Shown in pieces: positions 36,049 to 45,399 of a stretch of DNA of 64,000 nucleotides. The notes below the pieces were generated by a model. That model did not search any database, was not told where the DNA came from, and saw only the letters and a list, made by a program, of their open reading frames with translations. The DNA is from an uncultured virus (IMG/VR IMGVR_UViG_3300025782_000004) (taxonomy: Duplodnaviria > Heunggongvirae > Uroviricota > Caudoviricetes). Each line of letters opens with the position of its first letter. The stretch's first letter is position 1. The stretch lies in the IMG/VR virus record IMGVR_UViG_3300025782_000004. One strand, 5' to 3'. Made by a program: the position numbers and the translations under genes.

Positions 36049-36792
36049 TTATTTTTTTTTACGCCCTTGGCAATGGGCACGTTGACTAAATCCTTTTGGG
36101 TGTGAACAATCAATACTGCGTTTGTATTTTTTAGACCATTTTTCATCTAAGACTGATTCATTTTTAGAACGACCAGATTTCATATTAGCACACCAATGAT
36201 ACATCTTGGCACGTTCGCCTGAGGCACGTTTGGCTTTGGCACGTAGACTGGTCACACTACCTTTACAGCTGGCGCCTGCACGTTTGACACGCCCTGGACG
36301 ACTTTTGCCTTTGACCTTGCCGTCGTGAAAGTTTTCTTTTAAGAATGTATCAGCTAGTCGTTTGCACAATTCTCGTAGTTTTGCGTTGTCTGTTTCTATG
36401 CTATCGTCGTGATCTTGTGTAGGATCTTTATATCCGCAATAGACGTGCTCTATGCCTGCATCAGCAATTATATCTTCACAACTTTCGCCAGACCGGTCAT
36501 TCATTGGACGATTACAAGGACTTAAGGTAGTAACAATTATACATTCTGGAGTAATATCACCGTAAGCATCAATGGCTGCACGTTCAGCATGTACATATTT
36601 GTCATCAATTTTATAACTAGTACGGCAAACTTTTTGACCTTCGGGACCTAATACACAAGCACCAACCATGCCATAATGGTCATTGTCTTTTTCTTGATTG
36701 TCAAGAACTAACTCGCATAATTCAGCAAGTATAGCATCTAATTCTTCTCGGGGATCACTAGACGGGGCTGTAAGGATTTCTTGGATAATCAC
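36049..36792 (-). CDS. Zn-dependent deaminase (RibD/CDA-like) with basic C-terminal modules
   Basis: VGAC, HAE and TLSPC...SC motifs. Confidence 0.7.
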   Translation of the reverse strand: MIIQEILTAPSSDPREELDAILAELCELVLDNQEKDNDHYGMVGACVLGPEGQKVCRTSYKIDDKYVHAERAAIDAYGDITPECIIVTTLSPCNRPMNDRSGESCEDIIADAGIEHVYCGYKDPTQDHDDSIETDNAKLRELCKRLADTFLKENFHDGKVKGKSRPGRVKRAGASCKGSVTSLRAKAKRASGERAKMYHWCANMKSGRSKNESVLDEKWSKKYKRSIDCSHPKGFSQRAHCQGRKKK

Positions 36793-36834
36793 TATTGTCG
36801 CCCTCGGCTTGTTCGGGATAAACTGGATATTCGT

Positions 36835-37197
36835 TCATTCTGGATTTTCTTCGCTGTAGTTACGCATGATAACACCAGCAGTAGCATTAGCATCATTTTC
36901 TTCGTCACTGCCAGTGACTCCAGAATCTGGACCTAATTTGTTTTCTTGATCTTGTTTATAGTGTACTAGTTCGTGTGCTAGTGTACGGAATACATCTTTT
37001 GGGTGACGACCTTTTGACACTAGATAAATTGTTTTTTCTTCTGGTTTGTAAGCACCAAATGTTAGGCCTTCTGCATCAGGAACCTTAGTAACTACATCAA
37101 TACGTGGGTGCTCGTCAATACCCAAATGGTCACAGGCAAACTTAACAAAGTTTGGCAATTGACTGTGTATTGGATCAACTACTTCGAAGATTTTCAT
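36835..37197 (-). CDS. HExxH zinc metallopeptidase-like protein
   Basis: RTLAHELVH...E..AN..AG. Confidence 0.7.
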   Translation of the reverse strand: MKIFEVVDPIHSQLPNFVKFACDHLGIDEHPRIDVVTKVPDAEGLTFGAYKPEEKTIYLVSKGRHPKDVFRTLAHELVHYKQDQENKLGPDSGVTGSDEENDANATAGVIMRNYSEENPE

Positions 37198-37598
37198 TTT
37201 TTCGTTTTAAGTTGTATAGCACCAACTCGACGTGTTGGACTTGTTTTGTTTACTGTGTCTACTTCATCTGAGCCGTCTGGTGTAAGTTGTGTGTGATTAG
37301 CTTCCCAACCAAATGCTTTAGCAGCTTGATCTAAAATCTTACGCTCGCCTTCACTGTAGGCCACAGCAACAAGACTTTGTCCATTTGGACCATCTTTTTT
37401 TGGCTCGTGTTCATATTTGCCATCTGGTGCACCAGCACCACCTAAGAAGTAAGCAGCAAAACGCCAGGGGTGATATGGACTAGAGTTATCTAGCTTATGG
37501 TGACTACGCATACCCGGTGTAGCACTTTGATGGCTATCTGGAATACCGTCGTTGTCCTGATCCTTTATATCTTCGGTGATAATTTCGTTTATTTTCAT
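37194..37598 (-). CDS. Hypothetical virion-associated protein
   Basis: Start MKINEIITED. Confidence 0.65.
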   Translation of the reverse strand: MKINEIITEDIKDQDNDGIPDSHQSATPGMRSHHKLDNSSPYHPWRFAAYFLGGAGAPDGKYEHEPKKDGPNGQSLVAVAYSEGERKILDQAAKAFGWEANHTQLTPDGSDEVDTVNKTSPTRRVGAIQLKTKK

Positions 37599-38029
37599 TT
37601 TGTAGTAGCCCTTAACATCCATGCATGTTTTTGGAACGCATCCATACGTTCTGCTAGGAAGTTTGAGAAGCCATGCTGTCCTTCTGCTTCAGCTAGATCA
37701 TAAACACGTTTAAGAATTTTAACCATGTTTTCTGCATCTGCTAGCAATTCATCAACCATTGCTATGCCAGGCATAACTTCAGTTTCATCTTCAATACGTG
37801 TTAGTACACTAAAGCGACTATTGCTACCGGGAGCATAACCGCCTAAGCTACGAATCTTTTCTGCAAATTCATCTACTGTACCGTAAACTTCTGAATAGAT
37901 AGTTTCAAATAGACTATGTAGTTCTTGGAAGTTGATGCCTTCTACGTTCCAATGAAAGAAATGTGCTTTCAAATAGAAAGTATATTGACTAGCAAATCCA
38001 ATCTTAGCGGCTTTGATTAACTGTTCCAT
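37595..38029 (-). CDS. dps: Dps/ferritin-like protein
   Basis: HFFHWNVEG..F..LH..FE..Y, D..AE and K..WML motifs. Confidence 0.9.
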   Translation of the reverse strand: MEQLIKAAKIGFASQYTFYLKAHFFHWNVEGINFQELHSLFETIYSEVYGTVDEFAEKIRSLGGYAPGSNSRFSVLTRIEDETEVMPGIAMVDELLADAENMVKILKRVYDLAEAEGQHGFSNFLAERMDAFQKHAWMLRATTK

Positions 38030-38030
38030 G

Positions 38031-38516
38031 TTATTCCTTGTTTGGTACGCAGTTATTTACACGCACTCCACCTTTGACTTTGGTCTTAGGTGTGCCAATG
38101 TGTTTGCCTGACCAGCACTTAGGATCTAATCGTGTTTTAGTTGCTTTCGCTTCAGTTAATACTTGATTGTACCATGTCATGGCATTTTCTAACATAACCA
38201 TTAGATCCTGCACCGATTCGCAATGCCACTTGCGTAGAGCTTTGTTGATACGGCTGTTTGGATCACGTTTAGTTTTTGCACCAGCACGATGTTTCTTCAT
38301 GCCCTTCATTCGAGCACAAAAACTCTTACGACGCTTAGAGGCTTTTGACCCCTTCTTTAACTTGCTAGGTTTTGTAGTAACGGCAGTCTGTAGTTTAGAG
38401 CCAGGATGACTACGGCGATAAGACGCAACACCCTTTTTATTTAGGCCGCCATTTTTGTTTTTGCCTTTACTGGTTTGCCAGGCTTCAGCTTCTACAACAA
38501 AATCTGAACTTTTCAT
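38031..38516 (-). CDS. Basic hypothetical virion protein
   Basis: GGLNKKG...RRKSFCARM..M...SRINKALRKW.C and CW.G...V.NCVP modules. Confidence 0.7.
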   Translation of the reverse strand: MKSSDFVVEAEAWQTSKGKNKNGGLNKKGVASYRRSHPGSKLQTAVTTKPSKLKKGSKASKRRKSFCARMKGMKKHRAGAKTKRDPNSRINKALRKWHCESVQDLMVMLENAMTWYNQVLTEAKATKTRLDPKCWSGKHIGTPKTKVKGGVRVNNCVPNKE

Positions 38517-38517
38517 A

Positions 38518-40572
38518 TTACTTGATGCTTTCTTTTAATTCGTCAACTAAACTATTTAGTTTTTTGCTTTTTTCGTTCTGTAGCTTAGTCCAGTAGTCGG
38601 TGGATTCATCTACATGTTTAGGTTTCTTATGTGCCTTCTTCATAGCAATAGCAATAGCGGCCTGCTGTGCTGGGCTACCAGCTTCTTTCATAATAGGCAT
38701 AAGTGTAATTTTATCCGCTTTGGTTTTGTCGCCCTGATTATATAACTTCTTCTTCCAGTTATCGTGGAATTGACGAGCTTGTTCATAGTAGTCAAATTGT
38801 TTAACAGGTTTACCAGCTAGACAAACAGCATATGGTTCTACTTTTTTAAAGTCTTGATATCCCTCTGCTACACCCTGTTTTAATTTGCGTTCATAATCAG
38901 CTATAATCTCATTGCGATATTGTGGACTTTGTGCAATAGCACGATTGATATGATCAGGATATACAGGAGTCTTGGCTTGTCGGTTTACTACTGCATGGTG
39001 ACGTGGATCTGGATCATCTTCCCATTCGCCATCATCAAAATCATTTTCAAATTTCATATTACCACCAATTGGACTTGCGCTATCGTTAGCCATAAAGTCA
39101 TTACTGTCTTCATCAACACCTGTTAATGCTATCACAGGATCTGCACTTTCTTTAGCCCATTGATCGTGCTCGCTTGACCAGTCGTTTGTACCATCATACC
39201 AACTGTCTTCTTCAAGTCCAACCATTGTATACTTGTTAGCAGGATCTCTAACACCAATCTGCATGCCAGGATATTTGTTTTTGATAGCCTGTGCGTGACG
39301 CTGTGCCAACTCTTGTGACTCATGCGACTTAATAGGTACCCAATCTGCTCCTACACGTTTGCATACAGTATGATACCCTGCCGCATTAGGTACTGTAAGT
39401 CCTCGAATAGCTAGGTCTTTCATGCCGCCTTCTTCTAATTCACCTTGATTGGGATCGGATACAGGTTTAACATAAGCGCCTTTGTTGGTAAGATATTCGT
39501 GAATAAACTGTAACAAATAACTAGGATTACCAAATAGATTTAACACTAGAGTCTTTTTAGTTTCTGAATCAGGCATTGCAGATAGGATGTCCATGACACC
39601 TTTAATCTGTTTGCGTTTGATTTTGATTGGAATCAAACTGCCCGGAGCTTCAATATCTACTGTATCGTGATTCGCTACATACGCATTGACAAATTTTTGT
39701 AAATTATCATCTGCTACTTGTTTAACAAAAGGAGTTGGGTTAACAGCTTCTGCTACCTTTTGTCCACCCACTAGACTTAATAAACTAGCCGCTTTTTGTT
39801 GTCTTGCTGTACCTAGGTCTTTTACTTTACCTGCACCAGTAGTGGGCTTTGGTTGAACAGTGGGTTGATTAGCAGCCCAATTAGTAGCTGGTTGTGTTTG
39901 ATACTGAGCCAATTGTTGTTTTGGACTTACTACTCGTCCTGGTGTTTGTGTCAATTGACTAGCCATCTGACCTAGTGCAGGACTTGCAGTAGGTTCTTGA
40001 GTTGTTTGAGCAGTAGGCTCTTGTGCCGTTTGTTGAGTCTGTTGAGGCTCGGCGGCAGTTGATGATGTTCTTGGAACAATAAATGTAGGAGCTGTTCTTG
40101 TTTGTGCAGGCTTAGTTGAAGCCTTAGGAGTTCCAGTAACTGGATTAAATAAGTCTTTGGGTTTTTGTGTTACCTTAGGTTCTTCTCCACGCTCAATATC
40201 CTGTGCAGCACGTGCTTGCTCGGGCGGTGTAAGATCCATACCGGCAACTTTTTGTGTAAAGTCTTGGAAACGACGTTCTTTGTCTTGTACAAACTTGTTA
40301 GTAGAATCGATCTGTTTATATAAATCTTTTTCTTGTTTTTGCAGTTGATCAATTTGTTGTTGCTGTTGTTGATTTAACTGATCAGTTTTCCAACTGTGCG
40401 CCGCCAGGGCTTCTACATCATTAGCACCGGGATATTCTTTACGTGCAGCATCAATGGCCTTGCGAGTATCTGCATACTTAGTAGTTTTATAAAGATCTTT
40501 ATCCTGAGATTTCTTTGCGCTAGCTTTTGCTTCTGCAAAGGTCAATGGATTAACTAAGTCGTACAAATTCAT
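38518..40572 (-). CDS. Large modular protein, probable internal head protein
   Basis: Low-complexity segments punctuated by VAEA, LEEG, VAEG and KEA sites. Confidence 0.6.
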   Translation of the reverse strand: MNLYDLVNPLTFAEAKASAKKSQDKDLYKTTKYADTRKAIDAARKEYPGANDVEALAAHSWKTDQLNQQQQQQIDQLQKQEKDLYKQIDSTNKFVQDKERRFQDFTQKVAGMDLTPPEQARAAQDIERGEEPKVTQKPKDLFNPVTGTPKASTKPAQTRTAPTFIVPRTSSTAAEPQQTQQTAQEPTAQTTQEPTASPALGQMASQLTQTPGRVVSPKQQLAQYQTQPATNWAANQPTVQPKPTTGAGKVKDLGTARQQKAASLLSLVGGQKVAEAVNPTPFVKQVADDNLQKFVNAYVANHDTVDIEAPGSLIPIKIKRKQIKGVMDILSAMPDSETKKTLVLNLFGNPSYLLQFIHEYLTNKGAYVKPVSDPNQGELEEGGMKDLAIRGLTVPNAAGYHTVCKRVGADWVPIKSHESQELAQRHAQAIKNKYPGMQIGVRDPANKYTMVGLEEDSWYDGTNDWSSEHDQWAKESADPVIALTGVDEDSNDFMANDSASPIGGNMKFENDFDDGEWEDDPDPRHHAVVNRQAKTPVYPDHINRAIAQSPQYRNEIIADYERKLKQGVAEGYQDFKKVEPYAVCLAGKPVKQFDYYEQARQFHDNWKKKLYNQGDKTKADKITLMPIMKEAGSPAQQAAIAIAMKKAHKKPKHVDESTDYWTKLQNEKSKKLNSLVDELKESIK

Positions 40573-41330
40573 TATAGTGTTCCTGCTGATTTCTGTTTAA
40601 TTTGTTGTAGGTTTTGAATTAACTTGTTAGCATCGGCTGGATTGGCATTTACTAGAGCATCTTCAACACCCTTGCCAAGAGCACCAACAATCTTCTTACC
40701 AGTCTGATCCATACCAGCTCCAGTAGTTGGGTTGACATTAGGATTCTGTGCGTTAGCTACAGCAGTCTTGGCAGCTTGACTTGCACCAACTCCAGTTTTA
40801 ATTCCAACTAAATTTTGTAACTTTTGGAATGCTTGACCAGTCTGTGCTGTTTGCTGAGCCAGTTGTCTTTGTTTAATAGGGTCTTGACCCTGAGGAGGAT
40901 TATTTGCACCAGCTTCTTTTACTGTTTCTTGTTCTTTTACAAATTGTTCCCATGCGGCCATTAGTTCTTCTTCTAAGTCACCGTTTATTGGACTGCGACT
41001 ATCATCAGGACCTGCACCCTGTACATAGTTCATCTCTAGGCCACTTTCTTCCATACCGCCTACACCCATACCTGGCTTAGGTGGGTTAGGATCAGTACCT
41101 TTCCAATAGCCACCAAACTTTGCACCCGATGGATGCTTTTCAGCATCAGCCATAGAACCTTCATCCATGTCGCCCATGATGTTGTCCCAAAATTCTGCGT
41201 GCTCATGTCCCCATTTTTCACAGAACTGATCACGTGTCATGCGCTCGGCATCACGCCACATGGCTTCTTTGGTCATGCCTTCATCTAAGCGTTTGAATGT
41301 CTGCAGAATGTTGTAAAAATTATTATCCAT
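40572..41330 (-). CDS. Hypothetical probable internal head protein
   Basis: LDEG, MDEG and KEA motifs. Confidence 0.6.
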   Translation of the reverse strand: MDNNFYNILQTFKRLDEGMTKEAMWRDAERMTRDQFCEKWGHEHAEFWDNIMGDMDEGSMADAEKHPSGAKFGGYWKGTDPNPPKPGMGVGGMEESGLEMNYVQGAGPDDSRSPINGDLEEELMAAWEQFVKEQETVKEAGANNPPQGQDPIKQRQLAQQTAQTGQAFQKLQNLVGIKTGVGASQAAKTAVANAQNPNVNPTTGAGMDQTGKKIVGALGKGVEDALVNANPADANKLIQNLQQIKQKSAGTL

Positions 41331-41785
41331 TACTTAGGAGCCTTAATTTTAACAGGACCGCCTTTGGTCATTTGATTAGTATAGGTCTTTTGACGCTTGA
41401 TCATTTCGGTAGGCATATTACCCTGCTGAGAAAAACTTACGGCAACACTAGGGCTACCAGTAGCACCAGCAGTGGCATTTTCATTCAGACTTTCAGTGAA
41501 CATACGTTCTGCATCTCTAGCATCAAATCCTGGAACTTCTGGTTGATGTCCCATTTCGTGCTGACTTTTTAAATAATCAGTAACAGCATCAATCATACCT
41601 TTGGCAACAGCAATTTTTTCCTGGCACCATTCTGGGATATCTTCGTTATTTTTTAAACTTTTGGCTAGTTCAACTGCATCGCGAACCATAGTATGTAGGT
41701 TATTTTTGACCATACCCACTTCGTCACTATACTCGTACTTTTCTGCTGATTCTGCGTATTTGTTAATAAAGTCTGTAGTTTTCAT
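41330..41785 (-). CDS. Hypothetical probable internal head protein
   Basis: MKTTDFI N-terminus; PEWCQEKI; ENATAGAT. Confidence 0.65.
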   Translation of the reverse strand: MKTTDFINKYAESAEKYEYSDEVGMVKNNLHTMVRDAVELAKSLKNNEDIPEWCQEKIAVAKGMIDAVTDYLKSQHEMGHQPEVPGFDARDAERMFTESLNENATAGATGSPSVAVSFSQQGNMPTEMIKRQKTYTNQMTKGGPVKIKAPK

Positions 41786-41809
41786 AATATAATTCCGTTG
41801 TTAGTGTAT

Positions 41810-42082
41810 TTATTCTGTTGTTGTAAACTCGTTTGCGGAAACAACATCATCTACTGTTATGTTCTTAGTCTGTATGCTTCCGCTTGAATTTATCTGCTCT
41901 ACTCGTAACACATGTGATCCGGGCAGTAAATTTACTATAATATTTTCACGCACAAATACTTCGTGAGCTGACCAAATAAAATCTCGTTCAGTTAATAAAT
42001 CACGGTCTACATATATGCGATATGTGGGATTAGATTCTCCTCGACGTGCATATACATCTACGGTGATTTTATGTTCGGTCAT
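41810..42082 (-). CDS. Hypothetical beta-rich protein
   Basis: ORF with ATGA coupling. Confidence 0.65.
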   Translation of the reverse strand: MTEHKITVDVYARRGESNPTYRIYVDRDLLTERDFIWSAHEVFVRENIIVNLLPGSHVLRVEQINSSGSIQTKNITVDDVVSANEFTTTE

Positions 42083-43086
42083 GGGTTAAATGCTAACTTA
42101 GCACGTTCTGCTTTAAGTTGCTCAATTCGTTGTTTGAGCTTTTCTTTATATTCTGCAGGTAATTGTTCTGTAGTAATACGTTGTTTAATTTCGTCAATTA
42201 AATTTCCTAAATGCTCGATCTCTCGCATAGTTAAACGATCAACAGCACTGGGCTCTGTTTCTGCTAAATCAAATGCTTTAAGGCTTTTTTTAATCTGTCC
42301 GGGACGCACATCTTTAGTCAAACTCATTGAATAGCGTGGATCATTGGCCTGTGCTTTACTAGCAACAACACCTACACCCGCGGCTTCACCAACTGGTTCG
42401 GGTTTTCCTACCTTTTGTAGCTGGGCTTTATTTTTTAACTGTGGTGGTTCTACAGATTTTGCTGGCAACAGTTTATTATCCATAATCTGTTGAGCTTCGT
42501 GAGTATAACGTCCGTACAAATCTTTGATTATTTGTTGACGTTGAGCATTATCGGCTTTTGCGTATAAATTTCTAATGCTAGTAGCACCAGTAATTTTTTG
42601 TCCTAGTATTTCAAATTCTTGTACTTTGACAGTTTGAACGTATGCGTGTTTATCTGCACTTTCAACTGAGGTTTGATCATTGGGTAAGGGTTGTAATTTT
42701 TTTGGAGTACCGTCTGATTTTGTTCCGCCATTGAATAAGCCTGGTTTTTCATCTACGTCTTTTTGGCTTACAGGGAAGATCATAACAGTATGGCTAAGAT
42801 CATTGATTCCCAGTGCTTTGGCAGCAACATCGGGGTTATAGTTGTTTGATAACTGTAGTATGCGATCAGATGGAATTCCCAACAAGTTCATGAAATAAAC
42901 TCGTTCGGAAAGTGTAAAAGGACTGTCTGGGAGTTCTACTTTACCGCTGGTGCCAATATAGACATTTTCACGTCCGTATGTACCAACTAGGTTGTTGTAG
43001 ACTGCAGCATGTCCGCGATGGAAGGGCTGGAATCTACCACAAAAAATAACAACAACACGCCGTTCGGCTAATTCATTAATAAACAT
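42079..43086 (-). CDS. HIGH-motif nucleotidyltransferase (cytidylyltransferase-like)
   Basis: GRFQPFHRGH, SPF...ER and GATSIR motifs. Confidence 0.75.
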   Translation of the reverse strand: MFINELAERRVVVIFCGRFQPFHRGHAAVYNNLVGTYGRENVYIGTSGKVELPDSPFTLSERVYFMNLLGIPSDRILQLSNNYNPDVAAKALGINDLSHTVMIFPVSQKDVDEKPGLFNGGTKSDGTPKKLQPLPNDQTSVESADKHAYVQTVKVQEFEILGQKITGATSIRNLYAKADNAQRQQIIKDLYGRYTHEAQQIMDNKLLPAKSVEPPQLKNKAQLQKVGKPEPVGEAAGVGVVASKAQANDPRYSMSLTKDVRPGQIKKSLKAFDLAETEPSAVDRLTMREIEHLGNLIDEIKQRITTEQLPAEYKEKLKQRIEQLKAERAKLAFNP

Positions 43087-43116
43087 AGTAACAGTTCTCT
43101 ATTACTATATTTATCT

Positions 43117-43572
43117 TTAAATGTTTTCAAGCAACCATATGTAAAAGGGTGATTCGACCGGTAAGGTCCACGAGCCGTTCCATCCTAGATCTACACAGTT
43201 ATCAAGCACAGGCCTGGAGGGATCGTCCCCAACAAATGTGCTTTTTCTCCACGTTAATTCACCTATATCAATATCGTCAATCTCAACGCTATCAATATGT
43301 AATAACATGTCTTTGACAATCACAAAATCTTCTTTGGTTTCGTCATCTTTGACCACTTGATCATTGGTTTTATTTTCAAATCGAATCGTAAGTTTACAGG
43401 GACCTTCATCAACTGAAACATCAAATTCAACAAATTCAACTATGCCCGACTCTTGGGAGATAATACCTTCGGAGTATTTTGTGTCATTTACTAAGACAGT
43501 ATACTGGGGTTTTTTATCCCAGTATACGCCCGAAAGACCAATTTTAAAATGAAGATTTTCTGTACTAGACAT
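43117..43572 (-). CDS. Hypothetical phage protein
   Basis: C-terminal GWNG.W......PFYIWLLE. Confidence 0.7.
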   Translation of the reverse strand: MSSTENLHFKIGLSGVYWDKKPQYTVLVNDTKYSEGIISQESGIVEFVEFDVSVDEGPCKLTIRFENKTNDQVVKDDETKEDFVIVKDMLLHIDSVEIDDIDIGELTWRKSTFVGDDPSRPVLDNCVDLGWNGSWTLPVESPFYIWLLENI

Positions 43573-43574
43573 TG

Positions 43575-44459
43575 TTATGGTGTTGGTGTTGCTTGTAGTG
43601 CTTTTTCCATTTGAGCACCCTGTGCTTTTAGTGTATCTTCAATGATACCCATGCTACCACGCTGACCGATAGCAATCTTATCTAAGTCACCAGCATATTC
43701 GTAATGTCCAACGTGGTTCAACAATACTTTACTGTGTGCCCAAATTTCGCCACCTAGTTCTTGCCAACGACGGCAGAATAGCCAATCTTCTGACAAATAG
43801 TGACCACGTTCGTCGATCTTGCAATCGAAGATTGAGTACATCATTGGCTCGTACTGCTTACCTAGACCTACATCGTCTACATATTTGCACTCTGGATGTG
43901 CAGCAATTAACTTTTCATATACTGAACGTTTGAATAGTAAGAAGCCTGTGCCCATTGTATCTACTGTAAAGATATCGCCTTGAATCTTAGTCTGTGGCAT
44001 CAAGTTAATAACATAACTTACAGGTAGGGCCTTCTTAGGATACAAGCCACCGATGACTTCTTTATCGTAAGCCAACATACTTAGAATTGATTCTGGTTGG
44101 AAACGAATATCAGCATCAATAAACATGAAGTGAGTGGCCTGTGTGTTAGTCATCATCTTAGCCATTAAATTGTTACGAGCACGTGTTACTAATGATTCGT
44201 TAACCATTGTGTCTAATGACCAATTTAGACCAGCTTGTGCGGCTAGTAATGTAAACCGTAGGAAGCTGGTCATTGTTGGTTCTGAAACCATACCACCATA
44301 GCATGGGATACCAATGTGCAAGTGAATTTTGCTAAAGTCAAACGGTTGACCTTGACCTTGTGGTTGTGCCACTGGAGCAGCGGCTGCTTGTTTTTGTTTT
44401 GCGGCTGCTGCTTTGATTAAATTCACAGCATCGGCTTGACTGATTTTCTTATCGCTCAT
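43575..44459 (-). CDS. GT-A fold glycosyltransferase-like protein
   Basis: IPCYGG, RARN, FIDAD, GTGF and SED..FC motifs. Confidence 0.75.
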   Translation of the reverse strand: MSDKKISQADAVNLIKAAAAKQKQAAAAPVAQPQGQGQPFDFSKIHLHIGIPCYGGMVSEPTMTSFLRFTLLAAQAGLNWSLDTMVNESLVTRARNNLMAKMMTNTQATHFMFIDADIRFQPESILSMLAYDKEVIGGLYPKKALPVSYVINLMPQTKIQGDIFTVDTMGTGFLLFKRSVYEKLIAAHPECKYVDDVGLGKQYEPMMYSIFDCKIDERGHYLSEDWLFCRRWQELGGEIWAHSKVLLNHVGHYEYAGDLDKIAIGQRGSMGIIEDTLKAQGAQMEKALQATPTP

Positions 44460-44483
44460 TGATATCTCTCTTTAGTTAATTGA

Positions 44484-44648
44484 TTAGGCTGATGTTACTT
44501 CAACAAGTGTGCCTGCACCTGCTAATTCTTGTACTACTGCTTCTAAACTAGTAATTAGGTCTTCATTTACGGCTGTACCAGCGGTGTCTGAATCTTTAAT
44601 TAATTTACTGATTTTAATAACCAGCACATCTTCTTGTAATTTTGCCAT
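44484..44648 (-). CDS. Small hypothetical protein (not in ORF track)
   Basis: MAKLQEDVLVIKISKLIKD...; AGGAG SD. Confidence 0.6.
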   Translation of the reverse strand: MAKLQEDVLVIKISKLIKDSDTAGTAVNEDLITSLEAVVQELAGAGTLVEVTSA

Positions 44649-44673
44649 CACAGGCTCCTTGAATAATATGCTA

Positions 44674-45399
44674 TTATTTATCGGCCACTACAACCAGCTC
44701 GTGAATATTTGAAACCAAACCTGGAGAAATTAATGCAATAAAAGTAGTGACACTAGGATCATTTGTGTAAAAATATCCATTCCACATGTAGCTACTAGAT
44801 TTGGTTAGCATGGTCAAAAATCCATTGGGTATTTTAACCATTTCTGGCCCAAGAGAATTAAGATAGTTTAGTATGCTGTCCTTAACGTCTTTCGAATACT
44901 TACCATCACGGAGCACAACTTTATGGCTATAGCCAAGATTCTTTTTGCGTATAATAGCACCAGAATCTAATAAATTCTTTGAAGTATCATCTTCTGGGCC
45001 AGTGATATTTTCAATATAGACGTGGTCTTTGGGACTAAAATATGTATCAATTATAGTTGTTAATTCTTCTTCGGAATTAGCGTATAGTTGTAGTCGAGGC
45101 TCTTCAATTCGCATTTTAATATTAGGTAATCGCTGATGCCTTAAGGCTTTCATACGCTCAAGGAATTCAGGATCAGCCTTGTCTATATTTTTTGCTAGTC
45201 TTTCTCCCCACCATCCTTTGATATTTACGGATAAGACTCTGCGATGTTCTAATTCATCAACCACTGACCTTTTACTGTCTACAGCACGACCAGCTGGACA
45301 AAATACGATTAATCTATATAGATACCGCCCATAAAACTTTTTAGAAGTATGATCCCGTACAATCTTAGGATTGTACAGAATCCATTTTGATATATCCAT
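44674..45399 (-). CDS. Hypothetical phage protein
   Basis: About 240-aa ORF; start uncertain. Confidence 0.65.
   Translation of the reverse strand: MDISKWILYNPKIVRDHTSKKFYGRYLYRLIVFCPAGRAVDSKRSVVDELEHRRVLSVNIKGWWGERLAKNIDKADPEFLERMKALRHQRLPNIKMRIEEPRLQLYANSEEELTTIIDTYFSPKDHVYIENITGPEDDTSKNLLDSGAIIRKKNLGYSHKVVLRDGKYSKDVKDSILNYLNSLGPEMVKIPNGFLTMLTKSSSYMWNGYFYTNDPSVTTFIALISPGLVSNIHELVVVADK

Noticed and set aside
35937..36146. 69-aa minus-strand ORF over the sRNA region
   Set aside because: It overlaps the deaminase gene out of frame and has no motif; the RNA structure explains the sequence better.
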